64,000 bases of DNA from Leptospiraceae bacterium. Lineage in GTDB: Bacteria; Spirochaetota; Leptospiria; Leptospirales; Leptonemataceae. The DNA is taken from NCBI GenBank assembly GCA_040217195.1, contig JAVJNR010000005.1:448001-512000 (forward strand), written 5' to 3'. The notes beneath the pieces are model-generated. The model had not been told where the DNA came from, made no database searches, and saw nothing but the letters and a program-made list of their open reading frames with translations. Shown here piece by piece: positions 31,001 through 40,275 of the stretch. Within the stretch, counting starts at the first letter, position 1; every line of letters starts with the position of its first letter. Both the position numbers and the translations under genes were made by a program.

Positions 31001-31438
31001 CTGACAGATATGGTAGAAGCAGCTGTTCTGGAGGAATTTCACAGACTATCTGAACGCGGTGGTGTTGTAGGAGCTATGGAAACCATGTATCAACGCTCCA
31101 GGATTCAGGATGAGTCCATGAACTATGAAAGGCAGAAGCATTCCGGGGAAATTCCTGTTGTGGGAGTCAATACATTCACTTCAGATGCAGATCCAGAGAA
31201 CGTCACCGAACTCATTCGATCTTCAGACAATGAAAAGGATGACTGTATCGATAGCCTGGATCGATTTCACAGATTTCACCATAAAGAAGCCCTGGCCTCC
31301 CTTGCCAGACTGAAGGAAAAAGCTACAAGCGGGGCCAACCTGTTTGAGGAACTCCTGGAAAGTGTAAAGGTCTGCTCCCTGGGGCAGATTAGCCAGGCCC
31401 TGTATGAAGCCGGGGGCAGCTATCGCAGAAATATGTGA
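28088..31438 (+). CDS. icmF: Fused isobutyryl-CoA mutase (B12-binding / MeaB GTPase / mutase)
   Basis: FDGHDASIN B12 motif, GITGPGGSGKSS, LLGDRIRMN, PTRMFAGEG, RGTVQADILKEDQAQN; 1116 aa. Confidence 0.95.
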   Translation: MSSQSTAQESSPAIDLGEPVRFVTAASLFDGHDASINMFRRMLQSAGAEVIHLGHNRSVEDVALAAIHEDAQGVALSSYQGGHMEYFQYLRQRLNEMGGDHIRIFGGGGGVIVEDEIQQLHSSGITRIFSPEDGRRMGLEGIIDFMIDEARNAREKSHPNAFPLLALSRKISLLETGEERPLNIPLTVPVLGITGPGGSGKSSLTDELALRLLNQNPDLKLAVVAVDPTRKKTGGALLGDRIRMNSLSAFPDRLYFRSLATRGQSQELLQERLLGVESLIQEAGYDLMILETPGTGQEDSFITELCQKSLYVMTSEYGAPSQLEKIAMLDFADIVALNKAEKTGADDALRYIQKQFARNRNLFDVEPAELPVFATVAGRFNDAGVHTLYNAITELFPESALRTMELSNASDISVNIIPRDRANYLSEIAHTVEAYRKRAQKQWDLADKVQSLRKAQEALDVRSGELAEGLEKRSRELKEELDHHLLEFLERFPDIKETYEAEYYTYKVRNKEITQRIQYTSLSGLPIPRVALPATESWSELARFYYLENLPGNYPFTAGVFPFRKQDEDPTRMFAGEGGPERTNQRFHYLCTREATDASHPVARLSTAFDSVTLYGEDPNRRPDIYGKIGNSGVSIPTLDDCKRLYSGFDLSSPLTSVSMTINGPAPAILAMFFNTAIDQNIEKHLRSEGKLNQALEKIRSQWEDRGIAAPLYEAKLPTGHDGTGLMLGITGDQLVEPEVYERIKQETLQSVRGTVQADILKEDQAQNTCIFSTGFALKMMGDVQEYFTEKGVRNFYSVSISGYHMAEAGANPVTQLAFTLANGFTYLEYYLARGLDIDAFASNFSYFFSNGLDPEYSVIGRVARRIWAIALKEKYGASERAQKLKYHIQTSGRSLHAREINFNDIRTTLQAMYALFDNTNSLHTNAYDEAITTPTEASVRRAVAIQLIIQKELGLNQNQNPWQGSYIIEKLTDMVEAAVLEEFHRLSERGGVVGAMETMYQRSRIQDESMNYERQKHSGEIPVVGVNTFTSDADPENVTELIRSSDNEKDDCIDSLDRFHRFHHKEALASLARLKEKATSGANLFEELLESVKVCSLGQISQALYEAGGSYRRNM

Positions 31439-31454
31439 TCTGGCCGGAAATACA

Positions 31455-32174
31455 ATGAGTCAAATGAGCAACTCCGAGCCTGGTTCGCATAAGGCAGTCT
31501 TTCTTTCAGCCCGGTGGCATCATCTAATCAACCTCACATATCCAGTGGAGCCGGAACTACTAAAGCCTTATCTTCCGGCCGGTCTGGAACTGGATATCTG
31601 GGAAGGCCAGGCCCATGTAAGCCTGGTAGCGTTTGATTTTCTTTCCACTCGAATCCTGGGCATGCCTATTCCTGGATATCGCAACTTCCCGGAAGTAAAT
31701 CTAAGGTTCTATGTTCGCTGGAAGAATAAGCCAGCCGTAGTATTCATTCGGGAGTTTGTTCCCAAAAGGGCCATCTCACTTGCAGCCAATCTGCTCTATA
31801 ATGAACCTTACAAACGAATTCCTATGCAATCCACGGTTAATACTACGCAGACTGTAAACGTCAGGCATACATTTGCGGGCCAATCACTTGAAATGGAAGC
31901 TCTGAACAGTCCTATGATTCCTGAACTGCATACAGCGGAACACCATTTCAAAGAACATGATCTAGGCTTTGGAACAGGACATAGAAAACAGACACTATGC
32001 TACAGAGTTGAGCACCCGGTTTGGCGCATCTTTCCGGTCAATAAAGCAAGGATTGCCGTAGATTTTGAAAAGCTTTACGGCCCTACATGGTCCTTTCTAT
32101 CAAGTAGAACTCCCCGTTACTCGTTATTAGCCGAAGGTTCGGACATCAAGGTTCGCTTCCCTTTTGCAATTTAA
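31455..32174 (+). CDS. DUF2071 (YqjF-like) protein
   Basis: ARWHHL...LPAGLELD..VSLVAF..FPEVNLRFYV, YRVEHPVW. Confidence 0.8.
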   Translation: MSQMSNSEPGSHKAVFLSARWHHLINLTYPVEPELLKPYLPAGLELDIWEGQAHVSLVAFDFLSTRILGMPIPGYRNFPEVNLRFYVRWKNKPAVVFIREFVPKRAISLAANLLYNEPYKRIPMQSTVNTTQTVNVRHTFAGQSLEMEALNSPMIPELHTAEHHFKEHDLGFGTGHRKQTLCYRVEHPVWRIFPVNKARIAVDFEKLYGPTWSFLSSRTPRYSLLAEGSDIKVRFPFAI

Positions 32175-32577
32175 AGCACGGCAGTGATAGTTGATAATCC
32201 CTGGCGAGTATAGTACCCCGGGATATGATAGCCACTTATCTCTAATCCTCAGACAGTCCCTTTCCATTCCTCCTCAGTGCTTAATGAGAGAAAGATTAAA
32301 ACAAAATCTTTCCTACTTACTCTAAATAGTTGAGTCCAATGGAAATGCAACTTTGAACCGTCTAAAAAATAAAGGGGATCAACCGTACCCTGGTAGGGTG
32401 ATTACCATAGAAGAGTGTTAACATAGAAAAAAGACTTTCAAAGTAACGAGGAATATCATCTATTGTCGCAGACTTTTTTGACTATATATAGACTCATATG
32501 GTTCGCATGCATTAGCACGCGAACCCCACACGACTGCATATAAAAAAATACGATTGCAAGCAGTCGAAAGAGGAACG

Positions 32578-32799
32578 ATGCCAAAGGAAACAACAAACGT
32601 TAGAATACCGCGAGAGCTATTCGAAGAGGCGCGAGAAGCCACAGCGGTCATGGAGCAACGATTAGGATTCAGACCTTCCGTAAGTCAGTTTGTTGAGAAG
32701 GCCATTCGGGATTCCATTCGAAGACTTCATGGTGGAGATACAGGTTTTCTAGATTTACTGGAAGCGGAGAAAAAGGAGAATAAATCGCAACGAAAATAG
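32578..32799 (+). CDS. Small ribbon-helix-helix-like DNA-binding protein
   Basis: MPKETTNVRIPRELFEEAR...SVSQFVEKAIRDSI has the beta-alpha-alpha RHH pattern; AGAGGA SD. Confidence 0.6.
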   Translation: MPKETTNVRIPRELFEEAREATAVMEQRLGFRPSVSQFVEKAIRDSIRRLHGGDTGFLDLLEAEKKENKSQRK

Positions 32800-32835
32800 T
32801 TGCTACCGGAACGACCCTGGCCTGGACTCGCTTCC

Positions 32836-34794
32836 ATGCACCGATCCAGAATTGCCCGGCTGAGATATACTTTCGATAATTTCATGAGCAAGGGAGGCAT
32901 GGCTGTATTTCTGGCCCTGCTTACCATGTTTGCAATTTCCTTTGTGGTTCTTTCCGGACTGAGGATTCTGCTTGGCCTTGTTTTACCCGACGATTCCGCT
33001 TCGAATGTTTTTGCTCAGATGTGGAGAGTTTTTCTTCAGATCCTGGACGGAGGCGCCATTGCCGAAGACACGGATGCAAACTGGCTCAGCCGACTTTCCG
33101 GAATAATTACAGTATTTGTAGGACTGATTCTATTTTCCAGCCTGGTTGCTTTTATTACCAGTCAGTTCGAAGCCAAATTAGCGGAGCTGAGGAAAGGAAA
33201 GTCCTCGGTTCTGGAGAGTGACCATGCTGTCATTCTGGGATTCGAAGATCGGATTCTGGATATTCTTCATGAACTGATCATTGCCAATGAAAGCGAATCC
33301 TACGCAGCTGTGGCCATTCTGGCAGATACTGACAAGGAAGAAATGGATGACTTCCTGAACGATCGGTTGCCGGACAGAAAAAGCACTCGTATTGTAACTC
33401 GCAGCGGCTCCACCAGCAGCATTGCATCTTTACGAAAGATGGGTGTAGAACATTGCAATTCCGTTCTTATACTGAATGAAGCTGGTTCTGCAGCCAGTCC
33501 AGAAGAGAGATCCGATGCAGATGCCAGGGTACTGAAATCTATCATCGCTGTGCTGGCAGCCACGGATAAAGAAAATCATCCTCCTGTGGTTGCCGAAATC
33601 CATTCTCCCAGACTGCGCCAGGTCGCTTCCAACCTTTCCGGTGGCAGTATTATTGCAGTGGATCGAGAGTCTCTACTGGCCCGAATGCTTGTTCAAACCT
33701 CCAGAGTGCCAGGGCTGTTTTCAGTATATTCCTCCATGGTGGGCTTCGAAGGGCAGGAAATCTATTTCTATCGTCCGGAAACTGGCTGGCAGAATGAAAG
33801 CTTTGCAGACATTCTATTTCGTTTTTCCGGCTCCGGAGTAATGGGGTTTCGGCATGCCGATGGAGAAATACTGCTGAACCCACCGGCGGATTTTAGACCG
33901 GCGGCCAATGATCAGGCAATCATTCTGGCCGAAGATGATTCCACCATCTACTATCTGGATGAAAAGATCCAGCGACCGGATGTAGAATCGCTACCAGAAC
34001 TTATCATCGAAAAGTCCCAGGAGTCCTATCTGATCTTTGGATGGAACCAGAAAGGACCTGTAATTCTGCGCGAGTATGCGGATTACATTCCATCTGGCTC
34101 TCGCATGAGCATAGTAACCCAGCCAAACGAAGATCATAGAGATACAATTGCTGCCACCATTGAAAGTGTATCCAGAGAGTATCCGTCGCTGACTCTGGAC
34201 TGGCAGGAGCGGGAGTGGAACTCAGGAGGAATCGATCGAGTGGGCCCGGAAAACTATGGAAATGTAATACTGCTGGCCAGGGACGGAACCAATCCGGAGT
34301 CCATTGATGCTGCAAGCATAGCAGGTTTATTGCAGGTCCGCCAGCATCTTGAATCCATTGAAAGGAAAACAGGACATCCGTCTAAGACCAGAGTGATTTC
34401 TGAAATCATGGATTCAGAGAACGTAGATCTGGTTCTGGAAACCGGAGTAAAAGACTTCCTGATATCCAATCAATTTATTTCTAGAATTCTTGCACAGGTT
34501 GCTCTGGAGCCGGATGTGCACTATGTGTATGAGGATCTGTTTTCCCCTGAAGGAAGCGAAATCTATCTGAAACCAATCTCAGCATACTTCCATGATACTT
34601 TGAAGCCCCGTTCCTACGGTGAATGTGTGTCTGCCGCTCTCAAAAGGAAAGAGGTCTGTATTGGAATTCGAATCGCTCGATTTGAAGCCGATCCGGATAG
34701 AAATCATGGCGTGCTGTTAATACCGAAAATGGATGAGCTATTTGAATTCACAGGAAAGGATAATTTGATCGTACTTGCAGAAGATGACAATTGA
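32836..34794 (+). CDS. CASTOR/POLLUX (DMI1)-like cation channel with tandem RCK domains
   Basis: RLRYTFDNFMSKG, TM-pore-TM, LRKGKSSVLESDHAVILG, LFSPEGSEIYLKP. Confidence 0.85.
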   Translation: MHRSRIARLRYTFDNFMSKGGMAVFLALLTMFAISFVVLSGLRILLGLVLPDDSASNVFAQMWRVFLQILDGGAIAEDTDANWLSRLSGIITVFVGLILFSSLVAFITSQFEAKLAELRKGKSSVLESDHAVILGFEDRILDILHELIIANESESYAAVAILADTDKEEMDDFLNDRLPDRKSTRIVTRSGSTSSIASLRKMGVEHCNSVLILNEAGSAASPEERSDADARVLKSIIAVLAATDKENHPPVVAEIHSPRLRQVASNLSGGSIIAVDRESLLARMLVQTSRVPGLFSVYSSMVGFEGQEIYFYRPETGWQNESFADILFRFSGSGVMGFRHADGEILLNPPADFRPAANDQAIILAEDDSTIYYLDEKIQRPDVESLPELIIEKSQESYLIFGWNQKGPVILREYADYIPSGSRMSIVTQPNEDHRDTIAATIESVSREYPSLTLDWQEREWNSGGIDRVGPENYGNVILLARDGTNPESIDAASIAGLLQVRQHLESIERKTGHPSKTRVISEIMDSENVDLVLETGVKDFLISNQFISRILAQVALEPDVHYVYEDLFSPEGSEIYLKPISAYFHDTLKPRSYGECVSAALKRKEVCIGIRIARFEADPDRNHGVLLIPKMDELFEFTGKDNLIVLAEDDN

Positions 34795-34826
34795 TGGAAT
34801 CTGGAATCGTTAATCCGGGAGGCGCT

Positions 34827-35372
34827 CTATTCATTCCTGGCGCTTCGAACAAAATGTCCCAGATGCGCCGGGTCTTCTGCCTTGCTATTGTTCGCAAAAA
34901 AAGCCTGTAAACAGAACTTTACCGAATTAAATGCAATCTCATCCCAGGGAATCTCCTCCTGCGAAAAAAGTCTAGTTTCCAGGGACTCCACTCCAGGTGA
35001 GAATTCCAGATCCTTCAGACGGGCCAGAAAGAACATATAAACCTGGTTAATATGCGGAATACTGTACACCGTATGCACGGACTCAATATCCACTTCTGCA
35101 TTGGCCTCTTCTCTAGTTTCCCGCGCTGCTCCTTCCTCCACCAGCTCTCCATTCTCCATGAATCCGGCCGGGATGGTCCAGAATCCATGCCTTGGTTCTA
35201 TGGCCCTACGACACAACAAAACCTGCTTATCCCAGTAGGGCAGGCAGCCAACAATCAGTCTGGGGTTTTCATAGTGGATGGTTCCGCATTTGTTGCACAG
35301 AAACCTGGGCAAATTGTCCCCATCTGGAACTCTAAAGTCCAGTTCGGCAGCGCAATGAGAGCAGAACTTCAT
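34827..35372 (-). CDS. NUDIX hydrolase with N-terminal zinc ribbon
   Basis: FCSHC...CNKCGTIHYENP; Nudix box GFMENGELVEEGAARETREE. Confidence 0.93.
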   Translation of the reverse strand: MKFCSHCAAELDFRVPDGDNLPRFLCNKCGTIHYENPRLIVGCLPYWDKQVLLCRRAIEPRHGFWTIPAGFMENGELVEEGAARETREEANAEVDIESVHTVYSIPHINQVYMFFLARLKDLEFSPGVESLETRLFSQEEIPWDEIAFNSVKFCLQAFFANNSKAEDPAHLGHFVRSARNE

Positions 35373-35531
35373 GCAGTTCCCCTCCGCTGCCTTTCAGGGC
35401 TAGAATTCATTTTGAATCGTTTTACGAAAGCTCTCATGACTTTATCCAGGGCCACAGCATGGCCGGGTTTTTCTGGAGCACAAATAAAATGGGAAGATTT
35501 CTGCAGATACATTCTGTAGTATGGGGATGCC

Positions 35532-35921
35532 ATGTGGGAGTATTTAGTAAAAAAGATTCGGCCATCCAGGCCTAAAAAAGAAGGCACCGATTTCCATGCC
35601 TCAGCACCAGTGAGACCATCTCATGCAGAAAATCCAGTGGAAATGCATTCTGATTCTGAAATTCCAGGAACTACTTTATCTTCTGCTGGCGCTAACAGAC
35701 CGGAGAAGAAGCGTCATCTCCACTGCCCTGTATGCGATGAAATGATGGATATCAAAAAAATGGGACCTGTAGAAATCGATGTTTGTCCTTCCTGCAAAGG
35801 TGTTTTTCTTGATCGGGGCGAATTGCAGACTCTTACCGGATATGATTTGAAAACAGGACAGCGTCTCCAGGACGATTCCCATTACATTCTGTATACTCCT
35901 AAAGGTCTGGAAGACTTCTAG
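35532..35921 (+). CDS. zf-TFIIB-type zinc-finger domain protein
   Basis: CPVCDEMM...EIDVCPSCKGVFLDRGEL; start uncertain. Confidence 0.7.
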   Translation: MWEYLVKKIRPSRPKKEGTDFHASAPVRPSHAENPVEMHSDSEIPGTTLSSAGANRPEKKRHLHCPVCDEMMDIKKMGPVEIDVCPSCKGVFLDRGELQTLTGYDLKTGQRLQDDSHYILYTPKGLEDF

Positions 35922-36133
35922 AGTTCCCGAATCCTTACATTGTAGCCAGCCTGTTTTAGCATGGTCATTTCCTGAGGGCTGGCCAGCTTAACCGATAGTC
36001 CCTGTTTAATGAATTCCAGAGGAGTGACCATTCCAATTTCGTCTACCACCAACATGGCCTGTCCGCTGTGCTTTTCAAGCCTGCCCTGTAACTCTTTGTA
36101 GCCATATCGAATGGAATGGGATTTGATTATCAT
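35918..36133 (-). CDS. Hypothetical small protein
   Basis: AGGAG SD, protein-like 71 aa, 22 nt downstream of the amidohydrolase. Confidence 0.6.
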   Translation of the reverse strand: MIIKSHSIRYGYKELQGRLEKHSGQAMLVVDEIGMVTPLEFIKQGLSVKLASPQEMTMLKQAGYNVRIREL

Positions 36134-36155
36134 GCAGTTCTCCTGTGAACCCGAT

Positions 36156-37349
36156 TCAACGGGAGGCCGGCCACTCTGAAAAGAAGTTCTCTACCAGCTG
36201 TACCCAATATCGGATTCCAGTCTCCAGGATTTCATCGTTAAAATCGTAAGCTGGATTATGCAGTAAACATCCACCTTCGCCTGGCCCGTTTCCAATCCAG
36301 GCATAGCAGCCAGGAACGCTCTGTAGCATGTATCCGAAATCCTCGGAACCGGTGCTCGGTTGCACTGGATCCACCAAACGATCCTGTCCCACTAATTGGA
36401 TGGCTGTCTTTCGGGCAAGCTCTGTAGAATTTCTTTCATTGATGGTGGCCGGATAACCATCTTTCCAGGCGATATCAGATTCAACGCCGTTTGCCTGAGC
36501 CAGGCCGGCCACCGTGCGTTCAATTTCCTGTATCATGCGATTTCGATGCTCTGGTTCAAAGGTTCTTAAAGTTCCAGATAGCTCTGCAACCGCCGGTAGC
36601 ACATTATAGGCATCCCCGGCATGAAATTTTGTAATCGATAATACGGAAGGCTCAAATGGATGATTGCGACTGGTCAGTTTCTGCAAAGACTGTATAATTT
36701 CGGAAGCTACTAGAATTACGTCGTCTCCAAATTGTGGCATAGCCGCATGACATCCTTCTCCCCGCACAATCAGGTCGAATCGATCATAGGCAGCCATGAT
36801 TGGGCCTTCGCACAATCCAATGCTTCCTGCAGGCATACCGGGCCAATTATGTAATGCGAAAATACGTTCTACAGGGAATTGCCTGAATAATCCCTGATCC
36901 ACCATCTCTTTGCCCCCTCCTTCATTTTCCTCCGCAGGCTGAAAGATAAGAACTACATCGCCAGCAAAGGGACTTTGCTTCCACTGATGCATGAGTATTT
37001 CCGAAGCTCCCAGCAGCATGGATGTATGACCATCGTGTCCACATGCATGCATGGTACCTTTATGAGTTGAGATGTACGGTTTATCTTTTCCTGGAGTGGG
37101 CTTTTCATCTATGGGCAGTGCATCCATATCCGCTCGCAGGCCAATGCCACCTGATTTTCCCTGACCGCGAAGAACTCCTACAACACCTGTTCTGGCCAGA
37201 CCGGTATGCACTTCGTATCCCAGTTCCTCTAAACGACTGGCTACGATTTGTGAGGTTCTATGCTCCTGAAAGGCAAGCTCTGGATGAGCATGAATATCCT
37301 GACGATAGCTTCGAGCCCTGCTCACTGCTTCTTGAACTAATTGCGCCAT
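36156..37349 (-). CDS. M20 family amidohydrolase (hippurate hydrolase-like)
   Basis: HAHPELAFQE, LRADMDALP, MHACGHDGH, FQPAEE, GSEDF, LHNPAYDFN. Confidence 0.93.
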   Translation of the reverse strand: MAQLVQEAVSRARSYRQDIHAHPELAFQEHRTSQIVASRLEELGYEVHTGLARTGVVGVLRGQGKSGGIGLRADMDALPIDEKPTPGKDKPYISTHKGTMHACGHDGHTSMLLGASEILMHQWKQSPFAGDVVLIFQPAEENEGGGKEMVDQGLFRQFPVERIFALHNWPGMPAGSIGLCEGPIMAAYDRFDLIVRGEGCHAAMPQFGDDVILVASEIIQSLQKLTSRNHPFEPSVLSITKFHAGDAYNVLPAVAELSGTLRTFEPEHRNRMIQEIERTVAGLAQANGVESDIAWKDGYPATINERNSTELARKTAIQLVGQDRLVDPVQPSTGSEDFGYMLQSVPGCYAWIGNGPGEGGCLLHNPAYDFNDEILETGIRYWVQLVENFFSEWPASR

Positions 37350-37521
37350 ACTGACAGAAACGATAGAAGCACCTGAATTCGGCCAGTCTCTTTTTGCCTG
37401 AAGAAAGCGCCTATCTGGATTGCACTTATTGGATTTGATACTGAACCAGGATGTCCACCGTCTATCCAGGCAATCCAGTGGTCCGATGGAGTTCCGTGTC
37501 CAGAAGAGAATACGATAGTCT

Positions 37522-38064
37522 TTAAACGGTTGTGCTTGCCTGTTTCGCTCGTCCAGGAGCCACTCCGGCCGGCGTTAGCAATGCGAACTTCTTGGGTGTT
37601 TCTGGTAGATAGAGCACATCCACAGAATCGCCTACAGAAAGCCTATCCTCCTTCATAGCCCCCATGATAGCTGAGCGGCCCAGCCATAGAAGGCCACCTT
37701 GATCTTTGTATTCTACTCGGAGAATTAGAGTGGAAGCCGTTAGATCTGATTTAGTTACCGTCCCGGATGTATGAACCGACTCTATGAGCAGAGCTTCCAA
37801 ATTTCGGGCGATGAAGTGATTGGCCCAGGCAAAGTACAATGGAATGAGAGCCAGCCCCAGAGCCATAAGTAGTCCATAGGGCCAGATAACCATTCCTTCC
37901 CGAAAATATACACGAAGCAACGCAATGCCAAATACAACAACACTGACACCAATTAGAACTCTGGAGTAAGTTCGATTCTTTCCGAAAAAGGGTCTGACCT
38001 GTTCCAGAGCTCGCGGAGGAGGAGTTTTCAGTACGCTGATATCTTTGCTATCCTTTGCATCCAT
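37522..38064 (-). CDS. 2-TM protein with DUF3592-like OB domain
   Basis: Two TM helices followed by GTVT...VGDSVDVLYLPETP; AGGAG SD. Confidence 0.65.
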   Translation of the reverse strand: MDAKDSKDISVLKTPPPRALEQVRPFFGKNRTYSRVLIGVSVVVFGIALLRVYFREGMVIWPYGLLMALGLALIPLYFAWANHFIARNLEALLIESVHTSGTVTKSDLTASTLILRVEYKDQGGLLWLGRSAIMGAMKEDRLSVGDSVDVLYLPETPKKFALLTPAGVAPGRAKQASTTV

Positions 38065-38172
38065 GGCATAACTCCTTCAGATAGGCGCCGGTTTAGATTC
38101 TATGGCACCGGCACTTTCGATCTTTGATCCTTCCCGATGCACACCATCGGAGCCTTCCGGATTCCCGGCGAT

Positions 38173-39006
38173 CTAAATGCGAGCCTGTATGAAACTTGCG
38201 ATATCTTCGTAGACCCGCTCTTTTTTTACTTCGTTCAGGACTTCATGATAATAGCCATCGTATTCTTCGTATTTCTTATCCTGGGAACCGATGTTTTCGA
38301 AGAAGTCCCTTGTGGACGGTACACTTACAATTTGATCTGCTCCGCCCTGCCCCACAAAGATTGGTAGTTTGATTTTAGAGGCATCTTCTACTACATGGGC
38401 TTGATGTTTCACTACTTCCATGAACCATCGTGCTGTTGCACTTGTAAAGACCAGAGGATCATTCTTATAGGCATCTACAATACCTGCATCGTGAGAGAGC
38501 AAAGCTGGATCCAGACCAGCGGGAACTGCGGCCCCTGGAATAATTCCGGAGATAGTTTTGGCAAGAGTCTTCTTCCAGCCTGGAACTGGCACTCCCAGAC
38601 CCAGAAATGGACTGGTCATTACAGCACCATGAATGGGACGGCTGAGCTGACCTCGTTCCAGATATCGGGAGGTAACCAGGCCACCCATGGAATGACTTCC
38701 AAGAAAGAATGGAAGGTCGCCGGCCACATCCCTGGTCCAGTGTAGAAGTGCATCTACATCCAGAAAATAGTCTTCAAACTTTTTTACAAAGCCCCGCTTT
38801 CCGTCGGACTGGCCATGACCTCTCAGATCCAGGGCCACGAAAGAAACATTCTTTTCGGCAATCCATCCGCCAAAGTGGGTATATCGATCTTTGTGCTCGG
38901 CGAATCCGGGTATCCAGACAAGGAAGGCTTCCGGCCTGGCGGCCGGCACATACATGGCTTTCAGATTCTTTTCATCTGCTGTCTTTAGTTCTATATATTG
39001 CGGCAT
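38173..39006 (-). CDS. Lysophospholipase / monoglyceride lipase-like alpha/beta hydrolase
   Basis: DLRGHGQSDGKRG, SHSMGG nucleophile elbow, GYYHEVLNE. Confidence 0.92.
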   Translation of the reverse strand: MPQYIELKTADEKNLKAMYVPAARPEAFLVWIPGFAEHKDRYTHFGGWIAEKNVSFVALDLRGHGQSDGKRGFVKKFEDYFLDVDALLHWTRDVAGDLPFFLGSHSMGGLVTSRYLERGQLSRPIHGAVMTSPFLGLGVPVPGWKKTLAKTISGIIPGAAVPAGLDPALLSHDAGIVDAYKNDPLVFTSATARWFMEVVKHQAHVVEDASKIKLPIFVGQGGADQIVSVPSTRDFFENIGSQDKKYEEYDGYYHEVLNEVKKERVYEDIASFIQARI

Positions 39007-39096
39007 GGTCCTTATTTGTCACAGCCTTCGAAGATGAAAACACAAAATTCGAATGGTTGACCGCTGATCTGCCGAACGGAGCATGAAGCTACTTCC

Positions 39097-40275
39097 ATGA
39101 AAGAAGCACAGAAAACAGCCCTACAGAGCTACAAACGAGTGGCAGTGATCCATGACTGGCTCACAGGAATGCGTGGAGGGGAGGTAGTTCTGGAAGCCAT
39201 TCTGGAGCAATTCCCGGATGCAGAGCTATTTACACTGTTGCATGTTCCCGGAAGCTGCTCCGAACTGATCGAAAAACGCCCCATCCATACTTCCTTTATT
39301 CAGAAATTTCCATTCAAGAAAAAACTATACAGGCATTACCTTCCTTTTTTCCCCACGGCAATCGAAGAATTCGACTTTCATGGATTCGATCTGGTGATTT
39401 CCAGCTCCCATTGTGTGGCAAAGAGTGTAATTGTCCCTCCGGATGTAGCCCATGTATCTTTTGTTCACAGTCCCATGCGATACGTCTGGGATATGTACAG
39501 GCAATACTTTCCAGGCAAGGGCCTGGTTCAGAAGCTTTTGATTCCCTTCTTTGCAAACTATTTACGTACCTGGGATGCAGCCAGTGCTCATCGAGTGGAT
39601 GATTATATGTCCAACAGCGCATTTGTGGCTAACCGCATTCGTAGATTCTATGGACGATCTGCTACCGTGGTGCATCCTCCCTGCCTGGAAATTGCTCCTC
39701 GGGCAAAAGACATACCAGATCCAGAAGGTTCTCAAAGAGAGGATTTCTATCTGGTTCTGAGTGCTCTTGTGCCCTACAAACGAATTGATCTTGCCGTTCA
39801 GGCATTCAATGATTCTGGCAGAAAGCTGGTGATAGCTGGCCGCGGGCCGGAAGAAAAAAAATTACGGGCCATGGCCAGCCCCAACATTCAATTCATGGGC
39901 CACGTTGAGCATTCTGAAATTCGAGAACTCTATTCCAGAGCCCGGGGATTGATCTTTCCGGGAGTGGAAGACTTTGGTATAGTTCCTGTAGAAGCGCAGG
40001 CCGCAGGTTGCCCGATATTGGCCCTGGGGCGTGGCGGAGCCCTGGAGACGGTGGTGAATAACAGGACCGGAGTTTTCTTTTCTGAAGAAACTTCCGCCTC
40101 TCTCAATGAAGCTGTGTCCAGAAGAGAGAGCATCAGGTTCAGGACTGCGGACTTCGCAAACAGCACAGCAAGGTTTACTCTTGCTGCCTTTCAACAGGGC
40201 CTGGCTGCGAGCATTCGCAGAGCTCAGAAAATGGTATCCGGCTCGCAGAACTCTCAGAAGAGGAGAATCAGGTGA
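39097..40275 (+). CDS. Glycosyltransferase family 4 (GT-B)
   Basis: HDWLTGMRGGEVVLE, SSSHCVAK, HSPMRYVWD, EDFGIVPVEAQAAG. Confidence 0.93.
   Translation: MKEAQKTALQSYKRVAVIHDWLTGMRGGEVVLEAILEQFPDAELFTLLHVPGSCSELIEKRPIHTSFIQKFPFKKKLYRHYLPFFPTAIEEFDFHGFDLVISSSHCVAKSVIVPPDVAHVSFVHSPMRYVWDMYRQYFPGKGLVQKLLIPFFANYLRTWDAASAHRVDDYMSNSAFVANRIRRFYGRSATVVHPPCLEIAPRAKDIPDPEGSQREDFYLVLSALVPYKRIDLAVQAFNDSGRKLVIAGRGPEEKKLRAMASPNIQFMGHVEHSEIRELYSRARGLIFPGVEDFGIVPVEAQAAGCPILALGRGGALETVVNNRTGVFFSEETSASLNEAVSRRESIRFRTADFANSTARFTLAAFQQGLAASIRRAQKMVSGSQNSQKRRIR

Noticed and set aside
35369..35587. 72-aa minus-strand ORF overlapping the NUDIX start
   Set aside because: No recognisable motif or SD; it occupies the probable divergent promoter region and overlaps the zf-TFIIB gene start
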